Origin: Balanoglossus misakiensis
Lineage: Eukaryota; Animalia; Hemichordata
Direction: 5' to 3'
Length of the DNA: 64,000 nt
NCBI GenBank assembly: GCA_040954595.2
Contig: CM082587.2
Span: 10,235,403-10,299,402 of the forward strand
In this document: positions 25,201 to 37,354 of the stretch, one piece after another
Numbering within the stretch: position 1 is the stretch's first letter
How the letters are laid out: each line of letters starts with the position of its first letter
The notes under the pieces: model-generated
What the model was told of the DNA's origin: nothing
Database searches by the model: none
Seen by the model: the letters and a program-made list of their open reading frames with translations, nothing else
Translations under genes and position numbers: made by a program

Positions 25201-27071
25201 CCCATGGCAGTGAACAACGTAATAATCTCCGGCCGTGCCATGTACTCTCTTGGAAATGGCGATCTTTTTTCATTGGTGTAAAGTTCATGCAGAGTTTTGT
25301 GTTATCACCAAAAGTCCCCCGTGCGTGCAAATCGGGTACAGTGCTCTTCGCTGATATCAGGATAGGGCATCTACGAAGACCATGGTATAGACACGCTATG
25401 GTGGCCGGCTCTTCCTTACCGTCCCACCTCACAACTCTATACAATAAAACTGTGCGACTTGCATCGAATTGCATGTATTTATATCGTGATTAATGCTATA
25501 AGACAAGGTTATTGACCGAATTAAGTAAGAGAATACTCAATATATGGATTTTTCCATTTCCCACCAATCCGACATTTTAATCAATACTATCAAAGTCCGT
25601 TACAAGAGAAACTTATCTTTTTGAGAGGGCGTCGGTCACATGAAAGCAAACATCCTGTAACCAAGGGAAACCGTTTTAACTGTTCTAAATTCACAGTACA
25701 TACAATGTATATAGTTATCGTAGTAGGCCTAAATTGAACGAAATCGCGATTAACTTGGTTATTTCAACCCTCATTGCCCACTATGGTATCGGATATGTTG
25801 ACCATGCCCACCAACGCTATCTCAGCTACAATGTCGAATTTATTAGCACTGGTCCCCAGAGTCGTGACGTGGGCATAATTTCACCAGGCGACACTAAAAC
25901 TATCGAAGACTTATTTAATGAATGGAGAGCTTGTATATACGGAGTGTGATATTTTATTTAGTGGAATGTTATTTCATTGTGGCGGTTCTCCTGTCGATCG
26001 GCCCTGGACCATGTGCCTGTTGTACCCATGTGTGCTTTGGGGGTGCTAAATCATTCAAGGGTTTGATTTCCTGGAATTACACAATCGAAAAATGAAACGT
26101 CAGTAAACTTACCACTAAACTGTATATAATGGTGAAAAACACACAATATATCCTAAACAATGTTAAAATTAATACAAAATGCACTTACCCGATTGAACTC
26201 CAGTGCCTTCCGTATTCATGTTCGCAGACTCCTACATTTAGATTGGACATGAAACAAGGTTAATTCCTGTGCATGTATTCACAAATTTGATTGCTAAACA
26301 TATCCAGCTAACTATGCATGTACGTCTGTCTGTCTGAGCGTCTGTCTGTCTGTCTATCTATCTGTCTGTCTGTGTGTATGGGTGTGTGTGTGTGTGTGCG
26401 CGCGCGCGTGTGTGACTGACGTGTTAAAACATAGAAAAAATGTAATACAAGCTATGGGAATGGAATCTAAAATCATTAATGGTTACAACAACGAATTGCG
26501 CCACTTACCAGTTCATAACCAGAAGATTTCTTGAGCTCCTCATACAAAACGTAGACCGTTGTATTTTCACTGAAAGTAACATTTTTGTTTTCCTTTTTCT
26601 TACTTTCTGCCTGTTTCTTATTTTCTGCCTCTGCAAGGAGAAATGAAAAGTGTCATAAACTATTAGACCTGTTCTCATGCACAAAGTAGCTGAAAACCCT
26701 TTTCTAAATTGAAATAACATGGCAACTTCAAACCTGTGTGCGGCTAATTCTGTCTGCCTGTCTCCCCCTCTCTCTGGTTCCCCTCAGCTCATTCTCCTCC
26801 ATCTCTTGGACGCAAACACACTACGACATTGTGACGCCATAAGAATAATTCACACTGACCTTGAAATACAATCTAAGATTAACGTCACTTATGAATCACT
26901 GAAGATGTGAAATCTCGAAGTTACCTTTTGACCTTTGTGCTGCATAATACGCCCCGGCCCGGTGACCATATTTGGAAGACACGTTCAATATCCGGATCTA
27001 CTTTTGTTTTTATTGCGCGAGATTCGAAAGTTGTCGTCTGCTCCACTTCACTGCGCTGAGTACGATAAATT

Positions 27072-28383
27072 ATGGCAGCGGACGATATTATCCGGTGGAT
27101 GGAAGAAATTCCAAAAGACGAATTAGATGTTTTACTTTTCGGACTCGAAGGAGAAAGCGAGGCAACAGTTGGTGAAGATGATTTGGCAAGTGTGAACGAT
27201 TTCATCAAATCGCAAAGAAAACCGAGCACGGTTCGTACGACTGAGCGAGACGTAGCAAAGGTACGGCGTTTCATTGAGAACAAATACGGGGACACTCGCA
27301 ACTTAGCGGAAATACCACCCAAGACGTTGAACGAATATCTAGCAACATTCTTCGTCAATCTCAAAAAAGCTGACGGCACTGACTACGAACCAGGCTCTGT
27401 TTCAGATGTAAAGTATAGCGCAAAACAACTATGGGCAAAACAACTATGGGGTGTTGTTGAATGACAAGAGCTTCGCGTTGACAAATGACGCAATTAAAGC
27501 TAAACGGATGCAGCTAAAGAAGTCTGGCATGGGCTCTGGCAGTCATGCTAGCGAAGCTATATCTCCAGAAGAAGAGGAGGCAATGTGGAAAGAAGGCAAA
27601 CTTGGCAGCGCTGACGGTGACACCTTGAATTTCACTCTGTGGTATTTATTCACGAAGCACTTCGGTCTACGCGGTCGGGACGAGCACAGAAAACTGTGCT
27701 TCGGAGACATCACTATCCAAAGGGATAGCTCTGGCCTCGATTTTTTAGAGTTCCGGGAACGCGATACCAAAACACGCGATGGAACATATGGAGATCGTCG
27801 TGCCGTACCACCTCGCATTTTCTCTGTTGCCGATTCTACCAGAAACCCTATCAGAATTTATCGCGAGCACGTTCAACACCGCCCGATCGAAAAATGTACC
27901 CTGGACAGCCCATTCTATCTGCAACCGATACCCGCAGTCGACATCAACTCACTCGTGTGGTATTTCGATCGACCGATGGGGAAAAATAAAATCGCCTCAT
28001 TTATGCCACGAGCTGCAGCTGCAATGAAGTTTGGTGGGCGAAAAACAAATCACTCTGTACGGAAGACAACCTTTCAGACACAGACGAAGGCAGGAATCCC
28101 ACCACAGCAGATAATAAAAATAACCGGGCACAAAAACGTCTCCAGTCTACAACACTACGACACCGTTTCGATTGAGGATCACCGGCGCATTTCAGCAATT
28201 CTAAGCAAGCCCAGCAGTAGCACTCCTGAAGACACAAAACCCGGTCCATTCAAACAACAAGCAGATCCAGCCACAGTTTTTAACAACTGCACTATACATA
28301 TGTGCATGCCATCGACGGCTGGAGCTGGAGCCGCAAGGAAACGTCCGCGTCCGTTTGTAATGTTTGATTCGGATAGCGAGTAA
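27072..28383 (+). pseudogene. Crypton DUF3504/ZMYM-KCTD1-like tyrosine recombinase, frameshifted
   Basis: Motifs KKADGTDYEPGS, HFGLRGRDEH, TKTRDG, NHSVRKT, TGHKNVSSLQHY give a full R-K-H-R-H-Y set. The frameshift lies at the 15-bp direct repeat gcaaaacaactatgg (27420-27449). Confidence 0.9.
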
Positions 28384-28974
28384 TCTTAGCGAGACTTCCG
28401 GGTATGGGGCACCGCCGGTGATGGGGGCCGCGATCGAACACTTTGTTATTAATTTTGAGAGACTGAATTGCGTTTTTTCACCTTTGCTGTTTTAATGTTC
28501 TTCTAAAATATTTTAATGTTCATTAAAATTGTTATTGCTACGTTCTGAATGCCATTTGTCTGATGTCAGTGACTTGAGTGTTGGCTGTGTATGGCTTCCG
28601 ATCCCATCCTCTCCCGTAATCCCTGCATGTTGTAGAGCTTTATTAGGAAAATCAAATATGATATCTTAGTAATATTGATGATTTGAAATTTGATCTGATT
28701 AATGTGTGACTGTCGCCGTCGATCGTCGCGAGGAAAAAAATAATATCTCGCTCGCAATCGGCTGGGTGAGCTCGAGCGCGTCTGTATAAAATGTAAACAA
28801 ATGACGTCATGCATATCAATCCGCAAGAGCTGGAGGAATACGGCTCTATGCTAAGCGATTGATCATTTCAAAACGGCAGATAAATACGTAATTTCTACAT
28901 TCCAAAAATTACAGAATGTGTATTTTTATTAATTTCTTGTAGATTGTGGTTCAATAAGGCATATGATAAAACCC

Positions 28975-29090
28975 TTACAGCCCTGATACGGGTTTTGCGG
29001 CCCTCGGTCGTACGGCGATTCGCGCCCTCCCTGCCGTCGGGCGCTTCCGCCGTACGACCTCGGGCCGCAAAACCCGTATCAGGGCCGTAA
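28975..29090. other. 116-bp terminal hairpin of the Crypton (copy at 58717-58832)
   Basis: ttacagccctgatacgggttttgcggccc...gggccgcaaaacccgtatcagggccgtaa. Confidence 0.85.
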
Positions 29091-30608
29091 AGATTATTGA
29101 CGTTGACGTTGCGCGTTCACGTATAACGTGTAGCCGAACCTCTCTATTCTTGTGAGGCTTACGGAACGAAACGGAATAGCCACACGAAATAAAAAATAGT
29201 TTCTCCAAATCCAAAAAATGTTCCACGTTTTGCTTTTATATCACCACACGGATTTTGAACGGAATGGAAAGGAATTTCGGATCGAAAGCAGAACTTCAGT
29301 GTGCATATTATTTTTTGAAGTTTTTACTGTTTTTCCAAGATAAAATTCGTGTATTCTACTACAGAAAATAAGGCTGATTCCAATTTGAAACCACGTCTGA
29401 GTCAAAATCTTACCTCGCATATCAGTGCGAACTCTAGCTCGTCAAATGACCGTTAATCACGGTGTTTTCTAAACTTTGCAGCGCCCCCAACGTTATCTTG
29501 TTTTCAAATGCGGAAGTGGTGAGCTGATTTCCCACGTAATTTTCTAAGCTTATTTACGTCGGAATTATCGTATTTTACCAGTCATTTTCACCATTTATCG
29601 ATAGTTTGTAGTTTAAGCTATTAAACGACACATTTTACCGAAATATCTTGATAAACCTTGCGAAAAACTGATAAAACTTACAGTGACCCGAAATTTGGAA
29701 AAATAATAGACATCGAATTTATAGTGTTTTAAGATGTGCAGCACTTTCTTATAAAAAATAATTGTAACATTTTGAAACGATTTTGGTAATTTCAATATAT
29801 ATTCTGACTATTTTAGAAAAATGGTGTGTTTTCCCATGGGTCTTTGCAAAATCGCCCCTGATTACAAGTGCAACAATTCCGTTCTATAGCATGTATAGTA
29901 TAGCGCACACGCCTGACTAGTGCATAGCTCCTGAACCTTCGTATGATGCAGTATACGTAGCGTGAGCGTCTCCTCGTGGGTGAATTGAATTTTCGTGACA
30001 TGTTGATGTGATATCGCTTTTCATACCTCGAAGCCTTACTTTTACAAAGGTTCTGACCCCCCCCCAAAAAAAAACATATTTTCTTTGTGATTTTCAATTG
30101 TCTACTTGTCGTATTGGTGTCTGGGACTATTGTCTGGCTCAAACGGAGCTCCATCGTGTGTCGGTCACGTCATATCGGCTTATTATGAAAAAGATCGGTA
30201 GTTTGAAAACGGCCTTTCGGTACGGTACTGCACTACGCTCTTTGGCTTATTATTAAAAAGATCGACAGAGTTTGAAATGATCGGTAGTTTGAAAACCGCC
30301 TTTCGGCACTGGTGTTTATCAGCCTACATTGGCACTACGTTTATCGGCCGACAAAGTGTGAAAATGATCGGTCATGTACGGGAAAAAATGTCTGGTGTTC
30401 CACACATAATGTAACTTTCTAAATTTGTGATCGTGATTTATTTCGATGATCACATTCTGTTCAAAAACAGTTTTTTTCGAGCCTTTACTGTCGACAAAAC
30501 GCGCATATGAGTGAGCCAGAATGCCGCACTCTGGTTGGTCAATTTAGTAGCCACTAGAGGGCAGCGTTCATGAGTCGCCCCCCCCCCCCCCCTGCCGGGC
30601 ACACATGC

Positions 30609-30852
30609 TAATAATAATAATGATTTATTCGGATACTGTAGGCCTCCGGCCTCCTAGTATTCACAAAAGTCATACAAAGAAAAGTACAGAGGGACACTCA
30701 ACTAGAAACAAGTACAATCAGTATTACACGGTTGAAAGTTCCTCAACAGTCTCGGAACGCATCTTCATGGCATAGTAGATAAATTTTGAAAAATTGCACA
30801 CAATAGTTGTGTTTTGAGACTGTAAAAGCTGGGTAAATTTTTGAAAGGAAGG
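30609..30852 (-). mobile_element. 5'-truncated LINE 3' end
   Basis: Absent from copy 1. The minus strand has an ORF end (KFTQLLQSQNTTIVCNFSKFIYYAMKMR...), AATAAA and an (ATT)n tail. ATGC is duplicated at both junctions. Confidence 0.75.
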
Positions 30853-32585
30853 ATGCAATCAGACCATAAGCCTGCACGGACGACGAGAGGTGTTGTGAGA
30901 GAGTCTAGACCGACACATACATTCAGGCTGATGTCCGTGCTGGTGGATCAAGTGGACAAGATCGATGTGGTTTGTATGTGTGTCTCCCTTTAAGCGTAGC
31001 CAAAGTAAAAGAAAACTAGTCACATTGTTTCTGTCTGTCTGTCTGTCTGTCTGTCCCTCTGCCTGTCTGTCTGTTTGTCTGTCTGTCACTCTGCCTTCCT
31101 GTCTGTCTGTCTTTCTGTCACTCTGCCTGCCTGTCCGCCAGTCACTCTGCCTGCCTGTCTGTCTGTCTCTCACTCTGCCTGTCTGTCTTGTCTGTATGTC
31201 CGTCCGTCGCTGAGTGCTTGTTGGTCGCCTCGATCAGAGTGTGTGGATATCATCTGACTCTGTCTAGTAACTGAATGTTGTTATCGTTTATCGAAAATAA
31301 CATGAACTTAAAAATAATGCTAAAAGGAGGTATATTTTTCATTTCAGGGACACTTGTTAGAAGAAGAAAGAAGCGAGGAGTGTTTAGAATGTACATTAGA
31401 ATTTTCCGAGGACGATATCTTACATGTCATATGTAGTTCAGTTGATGTAAGTAAACGATTTTTGTATGTCGTATCTTTAACATCCCTCTCTGTCTTCAAG
31501 AAGTGAACAACAGTGTACTTTGCATGAATCGACATGATATAAGCTGTTAAATTGCTTTTGAAATCCAATTAACGTTTAGTATGTTTAAAAACTCCCCTAA
31601 AACGTAAGTTGTATTTTTTTAAACATGGTAGGTTTACGTGACGAATAATAGCGTTATAAAATACAAGTCAATACGTATTGAGTTCCATTATTAATAAAGA
31701 GATCTCAATTCCTGCATAGCATCCTATACCTTAATATGGCGTTGTATTTTTAATATTAAAGTGTCCGGACCGCCTTGCCAACGGTTTGTACTGTGGTCCA
31801 ACAGGCCGAAAAGTGACATTTTCAAGCCCGGTTCAATACTGCTCTTTCCAACGATGTGACGAACGCGACCACTACTATTGCAAGGATTACCATCCTGATA
31901 TTCGTATGGTTAATTATAATGGCTAGTGAGATGAGGCACTTGTAATGGCGTCTCCTTGCACGTTTTGATTTAACACTTTCACAATCCAATGTATAATTAG
32001 CAATTTCCTCTTACAACTTCACACGCAATGATGTTGTTTTAGGAAATGGAATATAAAAAAACTAGTGACAATGAAATAAAACGATGTGTATTATGTGAAA
32101 CGTCTGCCATATTATTCCCACCAAGATTAAACAGAAAACAGTTCCGGGTTATTCCTTGTACTGGTCTGTTGTCATAACAACGCAGCATTTCTGCTATTAA
32201 CCATCGTTTACCAAAGCTACGTACCGCCAATCGAAAATCATGCGTTATTCAGAATCTGGCTTGAGATTACACCCCATGCGGTAACACGGCAACAACTGAC
32301 TAGAACGCACTAGTCACTGCTTCTCCAACACATGGCGCCCTCTACACGTGGTGTTGTCCATTTCTTCTGTGTAAAAAAAAACCTCCAGAGAATTGTGCGT
32401 CGCGAATTTGACCAAGAACACATACGAGTTCCATCATGAACATTTACAAAATTGGCATGTCATGCAAATCCATTTAGTACCACAATAAATTTAACGATTC
32501 GACATTTTGTTTTAATTATTTATACTAACAGCCATGGGCATACGACTCATCAATTTCATAGCGATTCATGTTTTGTAATTAATTG

Positions 32586-32624
<39 letters not shown>

Positions 32625-32631
32625 TCATCAT

Positions 32632-32662
<31 letters not shown>

Positions 32663-34012
32663 TACTACTTCTACTACTACTACCTAATCATAGTAACGAA
32701 TGTGAACAAGGACAATATTTCAGGACTTTGACCCTTTATAAAAACCAGGGTGTTGTGCCCTTTTTATCATATACCCTGCTTCCACGTGGTGTGGACTGTA
32801 ATCGCTACGGTTCAAAATTATGTTAGTAAATTATTCAGTGTTAATCCAAACGCCACACTGCCGTTCATCGCGCATGTGCAGCATTCAGACCAGTATGTTT
32901 TCATCATTTAAGTCTAAAGAGATTTTTTTTTGGGGGGGGGGTGATTCTAAGAGAGATATTAAACAAAATGTCAGATAGTGAAAAGGCATTCGGAATGCAT
33001 GGCATTTCACATTTCACAAACGAGTGAATGAATATGATTCTAATGTATGTGATAACATTTCAAAAAACATCGTGGCGCATGCGTAGTCAGCTTCTCATTC
33101 GGCTCACAAAAACACCAGAAGACTGTTTTGATAAATTTAAATTTACAACCTGTAGTGAAAAATATGGCTGGAATGTACAGATACAGCAAGGTGTACAACT
33201 TACAATGTATGTCGATCAATCAAGTGTTACGAGAAAGATAAATAAGCAATGAATAAATAAATACCAAAGATATAACCTATCGCATGTTACAAGGCAGGCG
33301 GGGGTGGAGATATTGTTGCTATGGAAAAGTCAATAGATTTCTCATGACGTCATTAATCATCATTGATCATGTAATTAACGTTTGCATCGATTTTGTACAA
33401 ATAAGTCAGCATCTTGTACCTGTACCTCTGTTGTGTCCCCAGGGATTTAAATTTGGTGGATTGTCTGTGTTGTGTGTCTCGTCTCACGCGCATGCGCGTA
33501 ACTTCCCAGCCAATTTTCCGTTCGATGCATTCAAATAGTGGACTGCCTTCGCTTCCTTCCATTTTTCATGCGCACAGTATAAGTATAGATTCTGGTTTTG
33601 TCCCTCCTTTTCACCCAAGCTGGTGTCTTTTCACGATCTCCGACACAGATTATGGTCGCCGCCATCTTCTCTGTCGTTAGGACAGAGCAGCCTCATGGGA
33701 TTGACTGTTCACTAAACGCCTGTAACCAGCGGCTACAGCTGGAATATGCCTGTGAGATGAGCTACGCGCTTTAACAGTGCCAAGTCTGTGCCTTTTTTAT
33801 ATCCAATTTGACTATTTTCCCCATGGCAGTGAACAACGTAATAATCTCCGGCCGTGCCATGTACTCTCTTGGAAATGGCGATCTTTTTTCATTGGTGTAA
33901 AGTTCATGCAGAGTTTTGTGTTATCACCAAAAGTCCCCCGTGCGTGCAAATCGGGTACAGTGCTCTTCGCTGATATCAGGATAGGGCATCTACGAAGACC
34001 ATGGTATAGACA

Positions 34013-35135
34013 TGTATCACCCCAATATGTAATAATTAACCCAATATGTAATACTAACCCAATATGTAATAACACCTTAACCCAATATGTAATACTAACC
34101 CAATATGTAATAACACCTTAACCCAATATGTAATACTAACCCAATATGTAATAACACTTAACCCAATATGTAATACTAACCCAATATGTAATAACACCTT
34201 AACCCAATATGTAATACTAACCCAATATGTAATAACACTTAACCCAATATGTAATAAAGTTGAATTCTACATGAAATAACGTTAATTCTACATGAAAAAA
34301 TACGTTATTAGTTAACCCTATATGTAATAAACGTTAATTCTACATGAAATAACGTTAATACTACATGAAAAAATACGTTTTTAGTTAACCCAATATGTAA
34401 TAAACTTGAATTCTACATGAAATAATGTTAATTCTACATGAAACAACGTTAATACTACATGAAAAATACGTTATTAGTTAACCCTATATGTAATAAACGT
34501 TAACCCTATATGTAATAAACTTGAATTCTACATGAAATAACGTTAATACTACATGAAAAAATACGTTATTAGTTAACCCAATATGTAATAAACTTGAATT
34601 CTACATGAAATAACGTTAATTCTACATGAAAAAAATACGTTATTAGTTAACCCTATATGTAATAAACGTTAATTCTACATGAAATAACGTTAATACTACA
34701 TGAAAAAATACGTTATTAGTTAACCCAATATGTAATAAACTTGAATTCTACATGAAATAACGTTAATTCTACATGAAAAAATACGTTATTAGTTAACCCT
34801 ATATGTAATAAACTTTAACCCAATATGTAACACTAACCCAATATGTAATAACACTTTAACCCAATATGTAATACTAACCCAATATGTAATAACACCTTAA
34901 CCCAATATGTAATACTAACCCAATATGTAATAACACCTTAACCCAATATGTAATACTAACCCAATATGTAATAACACCTTAACCCAATATGTAATACTAA
35001 CCCAATATGTAATAACACTTAACCCAATATGTAATAAACTTGAATTCTACATTTAAAAAAAACGTTATTAGTTAACCCTATATGTAATAAACGTTAACCC
35101 TATATGTAATAAACTTCAACCCATTATGTAATGGT
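34013..35135 (+). repeat. Left terminal minisatellite array (TIR arm)
   Basis: Tandem taacccaatatgtaata and aattctacatgaaataacgtt units. Confidence 0.92.
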
Positions 35136-35886
35136 AAAGGTGGCTTGTATTTTGGGGGGGGGGGCACATTTGTCTTTCTGGTAAAAGACCATAATATTAT
35201 TTCATCCATTTTCAATAGAGGTGGTGATAGAAGGGGCAACACTTCCCGCTTAACCCAGCGAATAACTTGATAGTCCTGGTAAAGTTAACATAGTGATAGA
35301 TTTATCTAACCTTTATATCCACACGAAATCAAAGTAAATTTTGTTTGTTTGAACCTCTAGCTTTATGCTATATTTCGCAAAACTATTACTTTCGGCTGTT
35401 AGTATACGGATCCACCCAGTAGGGGACTGCAACCACCGGGCTAATTCCCCACATTGGTCCCGTATCACCCGAGGTGGGGAGGCCCCGGGGGTACGAACTG
35501 AACGGTCCCTTGTACTAGTTTATGGAGCTTTTTGGGTTAAACATGATCGGAAAACATCTCTTTATGTAGTTTTAACGGAATAAAGTTTGGTTTGACCTCT
35601 GAAATGACTCTCTCACAGCCCCTCTCGTCGTCCATGCAGGCTTATGGGCTGATTGCATGTGTGCCCAGCGAGAGGTTAGCTACACAACACCAAACAGTGC
35701 TTCTCCCTTGCCAAACGGTTGAGGGCGCTTACGGCTAGGGGTTCGAAACAGGTCACCTGACAGTTGAATGGAGGATCACATGATACTATAATTACGTAAC
35801 CACATGTACGAAGAACACGTGTAGGCGGCCTTCGTATACCGTACCGCATTAGCGAGCTTCGTCGTCATAACATAGGCTATGGTAAG

Positions 35887-36375
35887 ATGATAAAGATGAC
35901 AGGCCTTTGGATGTTTTTAGTTCTTTATGCCATAGGGCAATGTACATGTGGAAGGCGGCGGACTCAGATGTCTGCTCTCGACGACGATGTCTATGACACA
36001 CTTCTCAAGTTACTGAAGGGGGAATTCACTGTTCCTGTCAGTGAAAGATCCACGTTACAGAAGAATGCCTATATCAGATATTGGAGAAACAAAGAAGCAT
36101 TCTCAATAAAAACAGTGACAGGAGAAGAAAGGCTATTTTTTAAGAAGAAGGAAGTGCTTAGGAAATCAGATCTTAAGAAGTTGGTTGGGACAGAGTTTAA
36201 ATATTGCAAGGGTATAGGTTCAAGAAAACTGAAGCACAGACTACGAGCAAAGTATCATGGTGTCACGGAAAGAGAAATCCAGAAAATTATATCCGGAAGT
36301 AGACTGAATCAAAGGTTAAACGCTCGGTTTTCTAATAAAGCAATAATAAGACCAATTCGAGCTCGTGCCGTTCAG
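35887..36375 (+). CDS. Exon 1 of the integrase-OTU-F-box transposase
   Basis: 163 codons ending RPIRARAVQ at donor CAG|GTAAGA, phase 0. Contains a degenerate integrase zinc-binding-like region lacking the HHCC ligands. Confidence 0.8.
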
Positions 36376-36929
36376 GTAAGAATCGATAGAGTTAATCTAT
36401 TTAGGGGTGGACCATTTAATATCCCCGGGGAAGAAGATTGGTAGTGAGACCACAGGATGCCCAGGCTTTGTTCGCTGATGCCAACATGTAAACAAAAACA
36501 ATTAAACAAACAAGTAGACAAACGAACAAACAAACAAACATTTATTATATTATTTCTTTCTTTACATATGTTGCTTTGTTTACTTGTTTGTTTGTTTATT
36601 TATATATTTGTTTGTTTATTCGTTTACATTTTTTTCGATTACTTGTCGACATCCACAATCAAAGCCTGGGACATAAATTTTTCATCCTACTTGTTAAAGA
36701 ATATGTTTTCGCCTGTGCTGTCAAGTTACTTTTACTTTCTTTTCTGAGGTATCCGGATATTTCTTCATGACTAACGAAAAGCTAAGTTTTGTTGCCAAAA
36801 AGTAATCTCCCAAAACTCCCAAGGACATCAAATGGTCCACCCCTTATCTTTATATTCAATGCATGCACGAATACGTCTACTACGTCTGCCTGTTGTTATG
36901 CATGCATGCATAACTGCAGCCAGGAATTC

Positions 36930-36932
<3 letters not shown>

Positions 36933-36990
<58 letters not shown>

Positions 36991-37156
36991 CAGACAGACA
37001 GACAGACAGACAGATAGATAGATAGACAGATATATAGATAGATAGATAGATATATAGATGGATAGATAGATACATATACATACATGCATGCATGCATGCA
37101 TACATACATACATACATACATACATACATACATACATACATACATACATACATACA

Positions 37157-37187
<31 letters not shown>

Positions 37188-37253
37188 GTACGTGCGTGCT
37201 TACGTTCATGTATGTATGTATGTATGTGTGTATGTATGTGTGTATGTATGTAT
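36933..37253. repeat. Compound intronic microsatellite (GAAA)(GACA)(GATA)(CATA)(TGTA)
   Basis: Directly visible. Confidence 0.95.
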
Positions 37254-37354
37254 GCCTGTTTCTTAATTTTTATCTCTCCATGTTTCTATGAAAAGCTGAT
37301 TGCTGATTATGAAAACGGTTAAAAATAATCTATTTACAAAATTTTCTCATTTAG

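Larger units (their letters stand above)
26944..29098 (+). mobile_element. Crypton (tyrosine recombinase DNA transposon), copy 1
   Basis: YR ORF without RT and a long GC-rich hairpin at the 3' end. Boundaries are approximate. Confidence 0.75.
20803..29144 (+). repeat. 8.34-kb segmental tandem duplication, copy 1 (uninterrupted)
   Basis: Colinear and nearly identical to 29145-58899 after removing insertions; the ORF track repeats. Confidence 0.95.

Noticed and set aside
27072-28383. Host ZMYM/KCTD1/QRICH1 gene
   Set aside because: Intronless, retains all YR catalytic residues, has a terminal hairpin and is frameshifted, consistent with a Crypton.
34013-35135. CRISPR-like or telomeric array
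   Set aside because: No unique spacers, eukaryotic context, and not pure TTAGGG; the arrays are the inverted arms of a transposon.
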